64,000 bases of DNA from Eledone cirrhosa (GCA_964016885.1 OZ024751.1:41540001-41604000); one strand, 5' to 3'; numbered from the stretch's first letter, positions 26,095 through 40,566 are shown. Numbers and translations are program-made. Notes: a model not told the origin generated them from the sequence alone.

Positions 26095-26156
26095 ATTTCA
26101 TTAGACATATTTCAAGGATACCAAGTTAAATTATGGTATGCCTTCATCAGACAAAA
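26095..26156 (-). ncRNA. Hammerhead-like core next to (TA)n
   Basis: CTGATGA-AGGCATACCA...TGGTATCCTT-GAAA-TATG-TC; stem I is weak. Confidence 0.5.
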
Positions 26157-26407
26157 TACAATATATACCAGTTTTATAAATAAACATTGACGTACCCTTT
26201 CAAAATGCAACCGTTACTTTTGGAAGACATCAGGATAGTGGTTTGTTTATTTTAGTAAGTCGTTGTGTTAAGGAGAAGTAAAAAGACGGAGAGAGAGAGA
26301 AACGTGGAGAAAAGAAAGGGAGAAATAAATAAAGAAAAAGAAGAAAGAAAAAAGAAAAAACGAAAACAGTCCTTATTGTAGAGCCAACCATGTTACTCTT
26401 CTTTCTT

Positions 26408-26534
<127 letters not shown>

Positions 26535-26945
26535 ATGTATACACTATATGTTTGTCTTATGTTCTATAGTACTTCAATTTAAAATGGAGGATTGTCAGAA
26601 AATATAGATTACCCTATTTAAACTATTTACAGTATCACACCATTGTGTTTCACTCAGACACGTTCACAGTATATACTCGATGAAAACAATGTTACGTTCC
26701 GTACGGTCAATCGTGAGTCCGTAGATAACAGTACCAGTCATGTACTGGTGTCGAGTCAAACGATTTATACTAGTTCTGATAATTGCACCAATGTAATCCA
26801 TCAATATTACTTATATTTGGCAAGTTGATTATGATTAATTCGTTGCAACAAAAGACATTTCCAGTCTTATTCCAAAATACTTTCCAATTCCTGTAGAGAG
26901 TGCAAGAAAGATGGCGATTTTTTACCCAGCAGGACCTCATCAGTC

Positions 26946-26964
26946 CACGTGTTGCTATAGCAAC
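26946..26964. promoter_or_regulatory. RFX X-box-like palindrome abutting an E-box
   Basis: GTTGCTATAGCAAC (26951-26964) overlaps CACGTG (26946-26951) by one base, in unique sequence. Confidence 0.4.
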
Positions 26965-27816
26965 GCCTTTAGTTAATTATTTCTGTACCAGCTTAATTAC
27001 CACATACTGTATGTGACATTCTTATCATTGCAAACTCATTGTTTCAGTACGTTTCAAGCTGTGGGGGTTGATTAAGCAGGCATCTTTGATACAATAGTAA
27101 TTATATTATGGTGTTAATTGCTAAAACTACTAATCATACGATTTATTTGGTTTCCTTTAAAGATGACTTTATCAAATTAGACGAAAGTGCTGCTTTCATC
27201 ATTATATCGTAACAAATAAGAAGTAATTATGTATTTGGTGTCAACCATAAAGTGTGGGTTTAAGTCTAATAGACATATAAAAATCGTGGGTTTAACTGCT
27301 AACGACATGTTTCGATTTCATTTGATCTCGTTAGCAATGCATATTCTTCTTCACAACCCTCGTCTAAATATAAGTCTAAAGTTGCAATGGAAAATAAGTG
27401 TGATGTACAACAGTGGTAAAAACAATATGGTTGGTTATAGAAAAGGTGGAAATATAAATAACTTACCTGGCGTTATTTAATTGTTAAACACTGTTGAAGT
27501 AGATTCATTGTTTATATGACAGGTAGATATGTACATACTGCAATTAAAAGTAATAAGGGAAAAAATTACTTAAAATATGTACATTTATTGATACGAAAAT
27601 ATCGATTTCTAATATAGGTAAATATGTGTATGTGTGTGTGTGAGAGAGAGAGAGAAAGAGAGAGAGAGAGGGAATATGTGCGTGTATGTGTATGTGTCTG
27701 TGTGTTTGTGCGTGTGTGTGTTTGTGTGTGTGTGTTAAACAATGAAAACAAAAGGCGAAGATTGATTTTTTAAAGTTTATATATATATATATATATTATA
27801 AAATAACAGGTTTATT

Positions 27817-27874
27817 ATACTATGATCATTTCAATGACCGGGTTCAGTATGAATCCGGTGACATCATCAGGTAT
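27817..27874 (-). ncRNA. Type I hammerhead ribozyme in a (TA)n-flanked insert (27797-28390)
   Basis: ATAC-CTGATGA-stem II (ACCGG.TTCA TAC TGAA.CCGGT)-GAAA-TGATCA-TA-GTAT. Confidence 0.75.
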
Positions 27875-28384
27875 TCGAAATATAACAAAGGAATATAATA
27901 GACAAAATCCATGGGGCTGAAAATCAAAGACATGAGGGCGACCGAACATTTAGCAGCTTCTACACCGTGGTGATTATTAATTAAGCCTGCTTATGTCCAT
28001 CTGGTGAAGGGGCGTAGGCTTATAGTGTACTACTACCACCCCGTCAAAGACAGAGGCCAATGTTGAGATCAGGTTACAATCAAGCTAGAAAGTGCCGCGA
28101 AAAATATTTTTTTAAAAAACATATATCTTTAACAAAGCTATATATAGTAATATATAGTGGGCGTCTGCATGGTATAATGTATGGACAGAAATTACGATTA
28201 ACAATGTGTTAATTACACCAGTCCAGCCTCCTGTTATTTTCTAATAATTAACTCCGTACTCGCACCACCAACTACACAAACGAAGACGGGTGAGTTGCAT
28301 TACGTTGAGTGCTCTCCATATATTACATCGAGGTTGACCATACGGAATGACCAGTTCTATCCAGTGGTGAACCAACAAACCTAA

Positions 28385-28450
<66 letters not shown>

Positions 28451-30944
28451 AGTTTCCTGCTTAAGAGCACTTACTGAACTGCTCCAGTTTAATAGACACG
28501 AAATCTCTGGCCCGCCAATTACTAGTATAACTTCACAGTTATATATATATAAATATATATAAGTATATGTGAGTGTAAATTGTACTAGAATATACTAAGA
28601 ATAATTAAAAAGAAATATCATTACTTGAATTCAGGGATTATGATACATATGTGTATGTATGCAGCTAATGATGCCCTTAAATTATTTATCTTTATTTTAA
28701 AGAATGACATAGAAAAAAATTGATAATCATATACATTGTAAACATATGTCAGATTTATAATTTATCAAATATTCTGTTTATAACTGGTTCTTTTTTTACA
28801 TTCGTTATCAAACAAAAATACGTCCTACTATGGCATAGACTAAATATGAGATTGCATATAGTAAATTCCAGATGATGAATTAAAATAGAATCGGTGCATG
28901 GTAGGGAGGACATTTTAGTTTTGTTGGTTAATTCTTCATAAGTTGTACCGTGTATTGGTGTCACGATGATAACAGAAATATGATGCAGTATTACTAAACA
29001 ATACAAGAAAATGTTATATGAATAGGGCGTTTGTTACATGGGACAAGTCTGGAATTTTCTGAAAGTGTGAACAGTCCGCCGGGGCTGTGGGTGGGCCCCA
29101 TCGCGTACCGTTGTAGTTGTTGTAGAAGAAACAGGAAGACAACAACTGGAAAGTTTGATTTTCTACTTTATCATTTATTTATTGAAGTGCAGCAGCAGTT
29201 GCACTTTAATTTGTTTCTCTTTTATGTCTGGGTTAAATTTTTAGATCATATATGGTAAGAATATACACAAATGTCAGAAAGAGTTTTAAAGAATTTGAAA
29301 GAAACTGTAATTAGAACTGGGAGGAGGGTAAGGAGGGTAAGTTGAATGTAAAAAAGAATGAACTGGAAATAATAGAACGAATTGAAGAATAAAAAGGATA
29401 AAGACCCTCTTCTGTAACGAATGACCATGGGCTTTGCTCCTAGAAAGTTTCTCTCCGAAGCACAAGCTCGGGCAATGTGCTTTTGTGGAAGACCAGCAGT
29501 CACCTATGTATTCCAGTCTCCCCTATCAATGTCACCGATGTTGTCCAAGCGTAAGGCAAATTCTGTCGAGCGTCGAGGTCAACTTTGCCTTTCATCCTTT
29601 CACGGACGATGAGAAAAAACCAGTACCAATCTTGAACTGTGGTCGATTATTCCTCCATATCTCTTTCTCTCTTCGTCTCTACCATTATCTTATTCTGGAA
29701 GAAATTGGTTGTGTTCAGGTCTGCGGGGGGTGGGGTGGGGTTGGGGTGGATTTCGTCAGGTTTTTTTAAAAATCCACAAGATGCGCCATATGCCTCTAGG
29801 GCACCCCTACAACTCCATCAACACACACACACACACACACATTAGAACCTTGATTATCAGATTCATTATATCGACAAATTATATCTATGGCACGGATTTC
29901 CTGAAAGGGGAGCTAATCAACATAACTACAACCACTACAGTTGTTTGGTCATCTTATTCCATAAAATATGCATGGGACGATGGTGGGACAGATTTAATAA
30001 TTAACTCAGCAGAAAATCTGATGTGTTTTATTCGTGGAATTTAACAAAATCTTATCTTTTCTCAATGTAATCTATTTCGCTTTGATAAAGGAAAACAATA
30101 TATCTGGAAGCAAAATTACTGAGAAATTATATCCTTTGTTCTTGTATCGTATTTTAACTTATATTTTCTTGACGATAAACGCAATATCGATATTTCCCAG
30201 TCCTTTGAAGAGTTGTTTGCAAAGTTTATTCTACAATTTGATGGACTCATTTATCTTTTAATAAAATATCAAATTTAAATTTTTTTTTTTTGCTTTGTTT
30301 TTTTTTCGTTATTTTTTTCCCCTCTGAATTTTGTTTTGATTTCCGATGTTTACGCCTGTGTTATTATAGAAGCATACAACAATCGGTAAAATAAATAGGA
30401 AAATTAATAGAATAATTATTAATGAAGAAGGAATGCAAGATAAAACGTTTCGATTTTGTTGCATTGTTATCAAAGTATAATGAATGAATATTTGAAAAAT
30501 GTGTATACATAACTTGAGGCAAAACAGGTGCATCAAACAGAGAACCCACAACAATTCTCATCAGGCTGTGGATCTTTGTGTTTGTGTATGGCAATTTATA
30601 TATACTCTATATTTGTGTATATATCTGTATCTAAAATTACCGCCTCACTGTGTTACAAATTTGTATGTGAGATATTCACTGTGTATGTATGTATATCGAT
30701 GATTTGCTGCGTTTATTTACGAAGAAAACACCGCTGTGCATATGCTTGTGTATATAAAGGCTTTTGTTTGTTACCATTATTCATGATAGTGAATATTCAA
30801 ATCTCATCGAAGTCAACTTTTTATTCTTCCCAGGTCAATAAAAAAACAGTACAAGTAAAATACAGGGGCCAGTATAATCGAGTCCCCCCTTTTGAAATGA
30901 TTGGCTTTGTATCTAAATTAGAAATCATTATTTTAAGTGATGTA

Positions 30945-31900
30945 AGGGCTGTGGATTGGCAGTATCGGTAGAGGGTCGAACGCCATGCTTTGCAGCAGAG
31001 AGTTACGGCGCTTGTCATTCTGAGTTCAAATCCTGCCGAGGTTAACTTTGCCTTTCATCCCAACGGGGTCGATAAAATAAAGTACCAGTAATTCACTGGG
31101 ATAATTGCTGGGCTTGTGCCAAATGTAGAAACAATTATTTTAAGTGGTGTAAGGGCGGTGGATTGGCAGTATCGGTAGAGCATCGGACACCATGTTTTGC
31201 AGCATAGATTTACGGTCTTTTACGGTCTGAGTTCAAATCCCGCCGAGGTTAACTTTGCCTTTCATCCTTATGGGGTCGATAAAATAAAGTACCAGTAACG
31301 TACTGAAGTCGATTTAATCGACTTCCCCTCCCCCTAAATTACTGGCCTTGTGCCTATACTAGAAATCATTATTTGTGTCAGTTGATTTTCAAATTCCGTC
31401 TGGGTCAACTCAGCCTTTTATTCTTCTGAGGTTGATGAAATAAAGTACCAGTCACATACTGAGGTCTATATAATTGACTTTTCTCTTCCCCGAAAATTGT
31501 TGGCCTCGTACCTAATTTAGAAACCAATATTTGTGTCAGTGAGGTAGATATAGCACTGGGGTAGATATAATCCACTTTCCCCTATTCCAAAATTCCTGGC
31601 CTTGTGTCGCAATCAGAAAGTATTATTTATTGATTGGCAGTAATCGGTAGATCATCGGACAACCTACTTTGCAGCATAGAGTTACTGCCCTTTACGTTCT
31701 GAGTTCAAATCCTGCCGAGGTTAGCTTTGCCTTTCATCCTTACGGGGTCGTTAAAATAAAGTACCAGTAACGCACTGATGTCGATTTAAAATAAAATACC
31801 AGTAATGAACTTGGGTCGATTTAATCGACTTTCGCCTCCTCCTCCTCCTCCTCCTCTTCCTCCAAAATTGCTGGCTTCGTGTCTAGATTAGAAATCCTTA
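30945..31900 (+). mobile_element. Array of 4-5 same-orientation SINE copies
   Basis: Cores at ~31040, ~31248, ~31405 and ~31720. Confidence 0.85.
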
Positions 31901-32260
31901 TTTGGGTCAGTGAACTTCTGTGTATGGTTATATTTCCTCTATGTAGGCGTGTACATTCACGAAGAACTAAAATAGTATATTTGTGTTACGGATATACTCT
32001 CATTTTATGAGACACATTGCTATATATAACGGTTATACATAAACATACACTACTATATACATGTACACACACACATACATACACACACATACTCGTATTC
32101 TTATCACAGCATATGTACTAGTAGCCCTATACATATCGCGTATATACAATTGGCATTGACTGACAGACTGTCAAATCTGTCAAAATTCTAGACAGGTTAG
32201 ATCAGAGATTTTTAATTGCTCTACGTCAAAGAATCATGCCAACATATGCAATGTTGAAAG

Positions 32261-32682
32261 AGAACGATACCGTGGAATATATATGGAATGCACGGATTGG
32301 CAGTATCGGTAGAGGGTCGGACGCCATGCTTTCCAGCATAGTTACGTCCCTTTGCGGTCTGAGTTCAAATCCCGCCGAGTTTAACTTTGCCTTTCATCCT
32401 TACGCGGTCGATAAAATAAAGTACCAGTAATGTACTGGGTAATTGATGGCCTTGTGCCAAAAGTAGAACGATACCGTGGAATATATATGGAATGCACGGA
32501 TTGGCAGTATCGGTAGAGAGTCGGACGCCATGCTTTCCAGCATAGTTACGTCCCTTTGCGGTCTGAGTTTCAAATCCCGCCGAGTTTAACTTTGCCTTTC
32601 ATCCTTACGCGGTCGATAAAATAAAGTACCAGTAATGTACTGGGTAATTTGATGGCCTTGTGCCAAAAGTAGAAACAATTAT
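32261..32682 (+). repeat. Tandem duplication (~204 bp) of a SINE plus its 5' flank
   Basis: AGAACGATACCGTGGAATATATATGGAATGCACGG at 32261 and 32465, each followed by a near-identical SINE. Confidence 0.9.
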
Positions 32683-33027
32683 AAGTTACATCTATCAGCA
32701 TCAATTCTTTATAACTGTAGGACTAATAAAACTTTCGAAATTGCAAACTACATACAAACCCTGAGTAATATTATTCTCTTACAAATTCTAATTTTCCCTC
32801 CTGCTATCCAGTTTACAATTTTTTACCTTTATTTAGTAAATAGTGGACCCATGATGTCAATACGGGTTCAACAAATTATTTAATATATAGAGTCCAGCGG
32901 GGGGGGGGGTTATTCGCAAATGTTATGCGAAGTTATTTTCTTTTTCTAACGAGGTTCTATTCTTATAAGCAATTTTTTACACCCACGCATATATACAAAC
33001 AAACACACACATACACATACACATACA

Positions 33028-33112
<85 letters not shown>

Positions 33113-33231
33113 ATAATAATAAATGTGAAGACTAAAATCCCAAGAGGGCTCGATAAGAATAAATATATATCAAATATTTATTAAAATAACAGATTAAAGT
33201 TCAATATATATATATATATATATATAAATGT

Positions 33232-33284
<53 letters not shown>

Positions 33285-33287
<3 letters not shown>

Positions 33288-33605
33288 ACAGGGGGGAAAA
33301 AAAATGGCTTCACTTGTGCTTTCAACAAATTTATTTTCTTCACAAAATCCAAAAAGAATTTTTCTTAAAAAAAATTATTTTATAAATTAAGTTGTTGGTT
33401 GTTGGTTCTTGTTAGCTCTGTGGAACCAGAGGTCACCTAACCAGAGGTCAACCAACAACTTAATTTATAAAATAATTTTTTTTAAGAAAAATTCTTTTTG
33501 GATTTTGTGAAGAAAATAAATTTGTTGAAAGCACAAGTGAAGCCATTTTTTCTTCCCCCCTGTCTTAATATACCTAACTGTACCAAGGATTACACACATT
33601 TTCCA

Positions 33606-33607
<2 letters not shown>
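33285..33607 (+). mobile_element. Fold-back element in (TA)n, ~117-bp arms
   Basis: Arms ~33285-33401 and ~33449-33567, ~40-bp tail; no HHR retained. Confidence 0.8.
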
Positions 33608-33636
<29 letters not shown>

Positions 33637-33871
33637 AGCTGGGGCATATAACTAGGGGAAAATTTTAAAGTTAACCAGGAATTTTATGTTAAAAATATCC
33701 TGTGGAACAGGATATGAGATTTGAAGACTTTATAAAGTATGAGTGACCGAAATCTTGTAAGGATATTATTACTAACGTTCGTTTCATCCGTTTGCTACGC
33801 TGGTTGTAAGTCTGTTGAGTAGTATTTCCAGAAAGCGAGCAAATACCTTTTTTAATGTAGGCAGTACATAT

Positions 33872-33934
<63 letters not shown>

Positions 33935-33957
33935 ATATATAAATATATATATTTATA

Positions 33958-34382
33958 TGTAGAAGGTGAGTAATATTGTAGAACAATAAAACTATGCATA
34001 TATCAGATAAGTAGCACTCAACTGTTGGTGGAACTGGAGCATATATAACAAAGGAGAAATTAAAAGATGGTTAAAAGAGTTCCATATATTTTATTATGCG
34101 CATTTCGAATACAAAATCATCCTGGGACAAAAATTGCGTTTTCATCAGATAAAATAAGGTAACATGATATGAGGCATAATAGCACTTGTTTACAGGAAAG
34201 TGCTAAGTCTACATATAGACCTAGCACTTTCCTGTAAACAAGTGCTATTATGCCTCATATCATGTTACCTTATCTTATCTGGTGAGAACGCAATTTTTGT
34301 CCCAGGATGATTTTGTATTCGAAATGCGCATAATAAAATATATGGAACTCTTTTAACCATCTTTTAATTTCTTCTTTATTAA
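33958..34382 (-). mobile_element. Fold-back PLE-like stub with ~165-bp arms and a hammerhead in each arm
   Basis: Arms ~34050-34211 and ~34216-34377. Minus HHR at 34089-34154: TTTTAT-CTGATGA-stem II-GAAA-TGCGCA-TA-ATAAAA. The plus copy (34273-34338) has CTGGTGA. Confidence 0.85.
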
Positions 34383-34391
34383 ATATATATT

Positions 34392-34430
<39 letters not shown>

Positions 34431-34471
34431 ATACATATGTATATATATAAATGTAAATATATATATTTTAC

Positions 34472-34529
<58 letters not shown>

Positions 34530-34573
34530 GTGAAAGCAGCGATTCTTTGCTTAAACTTTAATCTATTATTTTA

Positions 34574-34615
<42 letters not shown>

Positions 34616-34618
<3 letters not shown>

Positions 34619-34817
34619 AGTTTATCCCGGGTTCAATCGGTAACCACAGTAAGTAAGGTACTCAACACATAGCAAAGTATAAATATTTAATATAGAGATA
34701 GCTTCTACAGGACTAGAACTGTTTCATTCTGGAGAAAACATCAGGAAGTCCAGGGGTTCCTCATGATTTCTCCCGAATGAAACAGTTCTAGTCCTGTAGA
34801 AGCCATTTCTATATTTA
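34616..34817 (-). mobile_element. Fold-back element whose arms are almost entirely a hammerhead
   Basis: Arms ~34686-34748 and ~34757-34817; consensus CTTC-CTGATGA-TTTC TCCN GAAT-GAAA-CAG..CTG-TA-GAAG. Each arm carries a different core mutation. Confidence 0.75.
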
Positions 34818-35465
34818 AAAAAAAATATATATATAAAGGCAATATACCAATATATATTTGAAGAAAGTATATTATATGGTAAACGTGACACAGCGACACT
34901 GAGAATATACAACACTATTAGCAAGCTTTAGACTCATCTATTTAATACCTGGAGTCTAGAAATGTTATAATACTGATGAATTGAAAAATATATTATAGCT
35001 ATTTGAAACTTCTACAAGTGGCACAAGCAGTGATAAACATTATTTCATTATGTGCGCTTACTTTACAGAGAAACGTGGGCCTCTTTGAAAATTTATTATG
35101 TATATTTAGTCATTATTTTACTATTAATATTATTTATTAGTTTTCTATTGTTTTTTGAAATTAAAGTTTTATTCAGTTTAGATATACCATACACAGTAGA
35201 CATTGTACCCAATGAAGTTCATTGAAAAATATAGTCAGCGTTATCCTACATGATAAGTAGAACTATGAATAAAGTTATAGATTTTCTATAAATAATACTA
35301 AGAAAAACAGCATATATAGCTTATATAAATTGCTTAATTCACAATGAAGCTCTTGTAATAACTTGAAAATATCCCATTTAAATGAAGGAAGAAGAAAAAC
35401 GGATAAAATTCCCAAAAGTAAAATCTACAGTAAATGTAAAGTGAAGAGAAAAGATAGCCGTATGT

Positions 35466-35502
<37 letters not shown>

Positions 35503-36481
35503 AAATACTTCAAATCGATCATGAATATGAATTAAAGAGATAAAAGAAAACTTTATTTATTCTGAAGATAAATTAAAACGATTGAAAAATTTAAATAATT
35601 GAACCAAAATATATTTCCTGAAAATAAACAAATACTAAAAAAAAAAGTATTACTCAATACATAACAGACAAAATAATAAAGTAGATTCTTGAAGCTAAAT
35701 AAGAGAAAACCATTATTATGATGGAAGATCTGCGAAAGCAAAGCAATGAATGTATTAAAATAAAAGATATAATGGAAATGGAAATCCATGGAGAAGTTTT
35801 AGTAAATATTTATCTGTATTTTATCTGGATATCTCAGACATTCTCCATTAGAATATGTTAAATGACATAACTTCGATGGTGCAATATTTGGAATACACGT
35901 AGGCTAAGATGAAAGAAGTAATCAAGTTTTTCTCATTCCTCAGTGTAAACCCCCTCCCAAACTGCAACAAGAGCGTATGCAGATCAATATATTAATATTA
36001 AACGTTTCCTATATTGGAAACTAATCGATTATAATGGGACATTTATTGCCTGGGGATTCAGGACAATATCTGGGAGGGATTTTTTCATCGTCTGTTCTAT
36101 GTGATCCTGCAAATCACAGACTATAATCAAATCCGACTACTTTTGTCCCGTGTTTCTACCATATAGCTTCCATATTTATTCCTATAATATTGACTCTCTC
36201 TATGAAATCCCCAACTTTCGATCAAAGTAGATGAAATCCCCAACTTTCCAACAAAGATGGCTTCTATCTTCAAATTACAGGCTTTGATCAAATTCGCCGA
36301 TATTTTACGGGCTGTTTGTACCCTATATTTTCCGATCTGTTCCTATAATACTAACACCATTCCAAGTATATGAAATCCTCAACTCGTACATGTGTACTTC
36401 GATCATTCATATTAGACGTGACTCAATAGCCAGAAACATGCAATTGATTGTTTTCTCAAAGCCCCATTTTATGCAATACAT

Positions 36482-36592
<111 letters not shown>

Positions 36593-37520
36593 GACCCTCT
36601 TCCTGCTATATCAAGCGTTAACCTAATATATACCTTCCATATACTGTACCGATTGTGTTGTTATTTCTGTTTACCTTTTACATACATATATATATATATA
36701 TGCGTGTGTGAGTGTGTGTGTGTGTATGCATTTAGGTATATAATAGTGAATGGCAACACAACTTTAGAGCGAAGACAATGAATTCCTTTATTATCAGTAT
36801 CGAATCATATAGTCCTCTCATTATGAGATACATTTTTAGCATAATCAGCATAATTAGCATAATCTATTTTTGGTTTCATTCTTATCTCATAAATAGCATT
36901 TTATGAATGTATGATCATTGTGTACATGCGTTCCAGACTCTGCTCGCCAGAAGCTTTCTCCTACTTATATAAATACAAATATTTCCCCAGTTAAATCTTT
37001 ATCTGGATTCCATTAACAATTCACCTTTATAGTTTTCTCTATATTAGACAAAAAAGTGTTTGACAATAATTCTAAAGACTATGTTACAACATTTAATCAA
37101 GCTAAAAGCTGCAACATCTGAACCGCTCAGCTATTATCGTTTAATCCAATGGCGCCAGAAAGGGTTTCCAGCAGAATTTACGATTGCTTACTACGTCTTT
37201 ATTCCAGACTTGTTTAATATCTTATTAAATATATTGCTTGAGAAATTCTTTTAAAGAACCACTAAGATAGTTATAAAATTGTCTATATAATTAATTCTTT
37301 TGTTTTTGATTGTTTGTTTTTAGTTTTTACACCCCCGTTTCCCCCTTTTTTTGCCTGAAGATGTGTAAAATAACTCCGTAAATATACACGGGAAGGAGGT
37401 GGTGTTGGCGGTGGTGGTGGCGGTGAAACTATAATTATCGTTTGCACTTTATGTCTGTGTCTATTTGTAGGAGCGTAAAACTTATGTACACACATATATC
37501 TATATATATGTATATGTATG

Positions 37521-37579
<59 letters not shown>

Positions 37580-37648
37580 ATATAAATTTATGCTTATACA
37601 CACACACACATATATATATATATACATATACATACACTCATGTGTGTC

Positions 37649-37679
<31 letters not shown>

Positions 37680-38934
37680 AGTGAGTGTAGTCTGCTTGGA
37701 TTCCCTCGGGAAAATAAATTTTCCACTACAATCTTGCAATGAACTGTGTTGTGTACTTTTCCATCAACTTAATGAAGGAAATCATGCTAACGAACGATTT
37801 CTCTGCAAAAATAACGCCATAAAATCTCAAGTAACGAAAGTTTACCTGTGATTGCTCACACTAATTCTGTGTGTGAGTGTTATAGTATATTACCTGGCTT
37901 GTTTTGTTTGTTCGTTTAGTAATTCCGCCTCACTTTACTGGTGGCGTTTGTTCTGTAAGCATTTCTTTTGTGGTCCTCAATAATTTGTAGACGTTTAAAT
38001 ATATTTACACTCTTCTGTTAATAAAGTTAAAATGTGTCCCAAGCCCGAAGGCTCACCAAGCCAGTGCTTATCCCGGTTTTCCTTGGCGTTAAGCAATTAA
38101 TAGTACAGAACTTCCCCCTGGACAGGACACCAGTCCATTGAAGAGTGAAAGAAAGTAAGAAAGAAAAAGTTAGAAAGCGATATAGAGGAAAAACCATTAT
38201 TTGATTGATACTTTATCGATCCCGGAAGGATGAAAGGCAAATTTGTCTTTGATATTGGCTGGATTTGATCACAGAACGTAAAGAACCGGAACAAAATACC
38301 ACAAAGCATTTTGTTTGACGCACTATCTATTCTCAACATTGTGACAAATGTGTGTAAATCCGTTCTAATTGATCACAGGAAATCTGTAAAACTGAAAAAT
38401 AGGCTAACAGATGCGCAAAATTAAATCTAATTTCAAACAAATTTACGAAAACCTAGTATTCAAACGTAAAAGAAAAATATATAGAAATTAATTATACTAT
38501 CCAAACAGCATGTATCTGGTGATTTAAGAGTTGGCGCCAGATCTTCTGATGAAAATCAAACTCTCTTATAGGCATGGAGACATACATCGAAAGATAAGAA
38601 TTGTGCATGACACACCACCTGATCCTGGCCTAACAGAAATGTCGAACGTAAATAATTCACTAAACGACGCCTAATTCAAAAAATCTGTATTTTCTGTTTT
38701 GATTAATGAAGTTATTGCATGAAAAACAAAACAAAACACCCAAAACAAACAAACTAAAAACAAGCAAAAACAAACAAACAACACAATCTACGTTTTAGAC
38801 AATGCAAAATGGCCGCCTAATAATTGACTAGAAAAAATAATGAAATAGTTAGTATACCAATATACTACTGATTTTAACGATGAAAGCTTTGCAAGGGAAA
38901 TCCAACATTTGCCGTCGGTGTATTAAGCAAATGC

Positions 38935-39105
38935 TGAAGAAGCAGAACTTCAACTTTTAGAATTGCTAAATTTATTAAATGTTTACAACATTTCTGAGAT
39001 ATTTCTAGACGTTTGTTAACAATTCCAGCTGTAGTAGTATCAGAAGAAAGTTCTTTGTGTAAACTGAAATATCTAAAAATAACATTTTAAAACCTACCAT
39101 GTGTT
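38935..39105 (+). pseudogene. hAT transposase C-terminal dimerisation-domain remnant
   Basis: LLELLNLLNVYNISEIF...LTIPAVVVSEESSLCKLKYLK...LKPTM resembles LTIPVT.AS.ERSFSKLK.IK..LRSTM. Confidence 0.6.
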
Positions 39106-39470
39106 AAATGGGCGGTGAATTTGCAGAGTTATTAGAACGTCCGATAGAATGCTTTGCGGTATTTTTTTCGGCCCTCTGCACTTTCTCTGATTTCAAATAC
39201 CCACCAAGTTCAACTTTGTCTTTCATCCTTTCTAGGTCGATAACAAAATGTACCAGGCCAGTACTGGGGGGTCAACAATTCTTATCCCCCCCCCCCTCTC
39301 TCTCTCTCTCTCCCATTTTCCTTCTCTTGAAGAAATCACCTGTGTTCAGACCTAGAGATGGGATGAGCTCCGTCAGATTTAAAGTGCACACGACACCTCA
39401 ATCACTCTATCAGGAGTTACGGATCTATCCATCGATTCATCCATCCATAGATACATACATATATCTATCT

Positions 39471-39570
<100 letters not shown>

Positions 39571-39652
39571 GTAGTAGACATGGTGACTACTATTAACACC
39601 CCACCACACTGCCACCACTAATACCACCACTAATACCACCACTAATACCACA

Positions 39653-39689
<37 letters not shown>

Positions 39690-39747
39690 ATACTACTACA
39701 ATTCTTATCCCCCCTCTTTCTCTCTCTCTCTCTCCCATTTTCCTTCC

Positions 39748-39778
<31 letters not shown>

Positions 39779-39994
39779 AATTAGTCTCGTCTTTGATTAT
39801 CTTTATAACCTGATTGTAGCTTCAAGATATTCTTTTGTGGGAATATATTCTTCTGTATTTTCCTTTGTCTCTGGAGAATTCAAGTGTCAGTAATATATGT
39901 CTTACTGATTCCATTGCAGATAAACTTATTATTATTGTCATTATTTCATTATTGATATTTCATATCGATGACAATATTATTTCATTATTAATGT

Positions 39995-40168
39995 TGGCAG
40001 TATCGGTAGAGGGTCGGACGCCATGCTTTCCAGCATAGTTACGTCCCTTTACGATCTGAGTTCAAATCCCGCCGAGGTTGACTTTGCCTTTCATCCTTAC
40101 GGGATTGATAAAATAAAGTACCAGTAATGCACTGGGTAATTGCTGGCCTTGTGCCTAAAGTAGAAACA
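39995..40168 (+). mobile_element. SINE flanked by 55-bp direct repeats
   Basis: 39940-39994 is identical to 40169-40223. Confidence 0.88.
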
Positions 40169-40308
40169 ATTATTTCATTATTGATATTTCATATCGATGA
40201 CAATATTATTTCATTATTAATGTGTCTTTGTGAGGGCGTTGGGTTGGCTGTATCGGTAGATACTAACCACTAATCCTCGCGCCTTCAATATAGATAAAGT
40301 AATGATGA

Positions 40309-40379
<71 letters not shown>

Positions 40380-40511
40380 GAGTTTATGTTGGTTGTATGA
40401 CTCCAGTTCCCCAGTGAATTAACAACCCAACAAGGAACTGGGCATATCAGAGTATTGACAATATCATACACCTAAACAACATATGTACTTGTCTATACCA
40501 TACTAATTCAA

Positions 40512-40566
40512 ACTGCCTGAAGAGGTCACAGCCAAAGATGGCTGTCACTGAAATATATATAGCAGT
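40512..40566 (+). ncRNA. Intact type I hammerhead ribozyme in a microsatellite-flanked insert (~40375-40615)
   Basis: ACTGC-CTGAAGA-G..ACAGCCA AAGA TGGCTGT..-GAAA-TATATA-TA-GCAGT. Confidence 0.8.
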
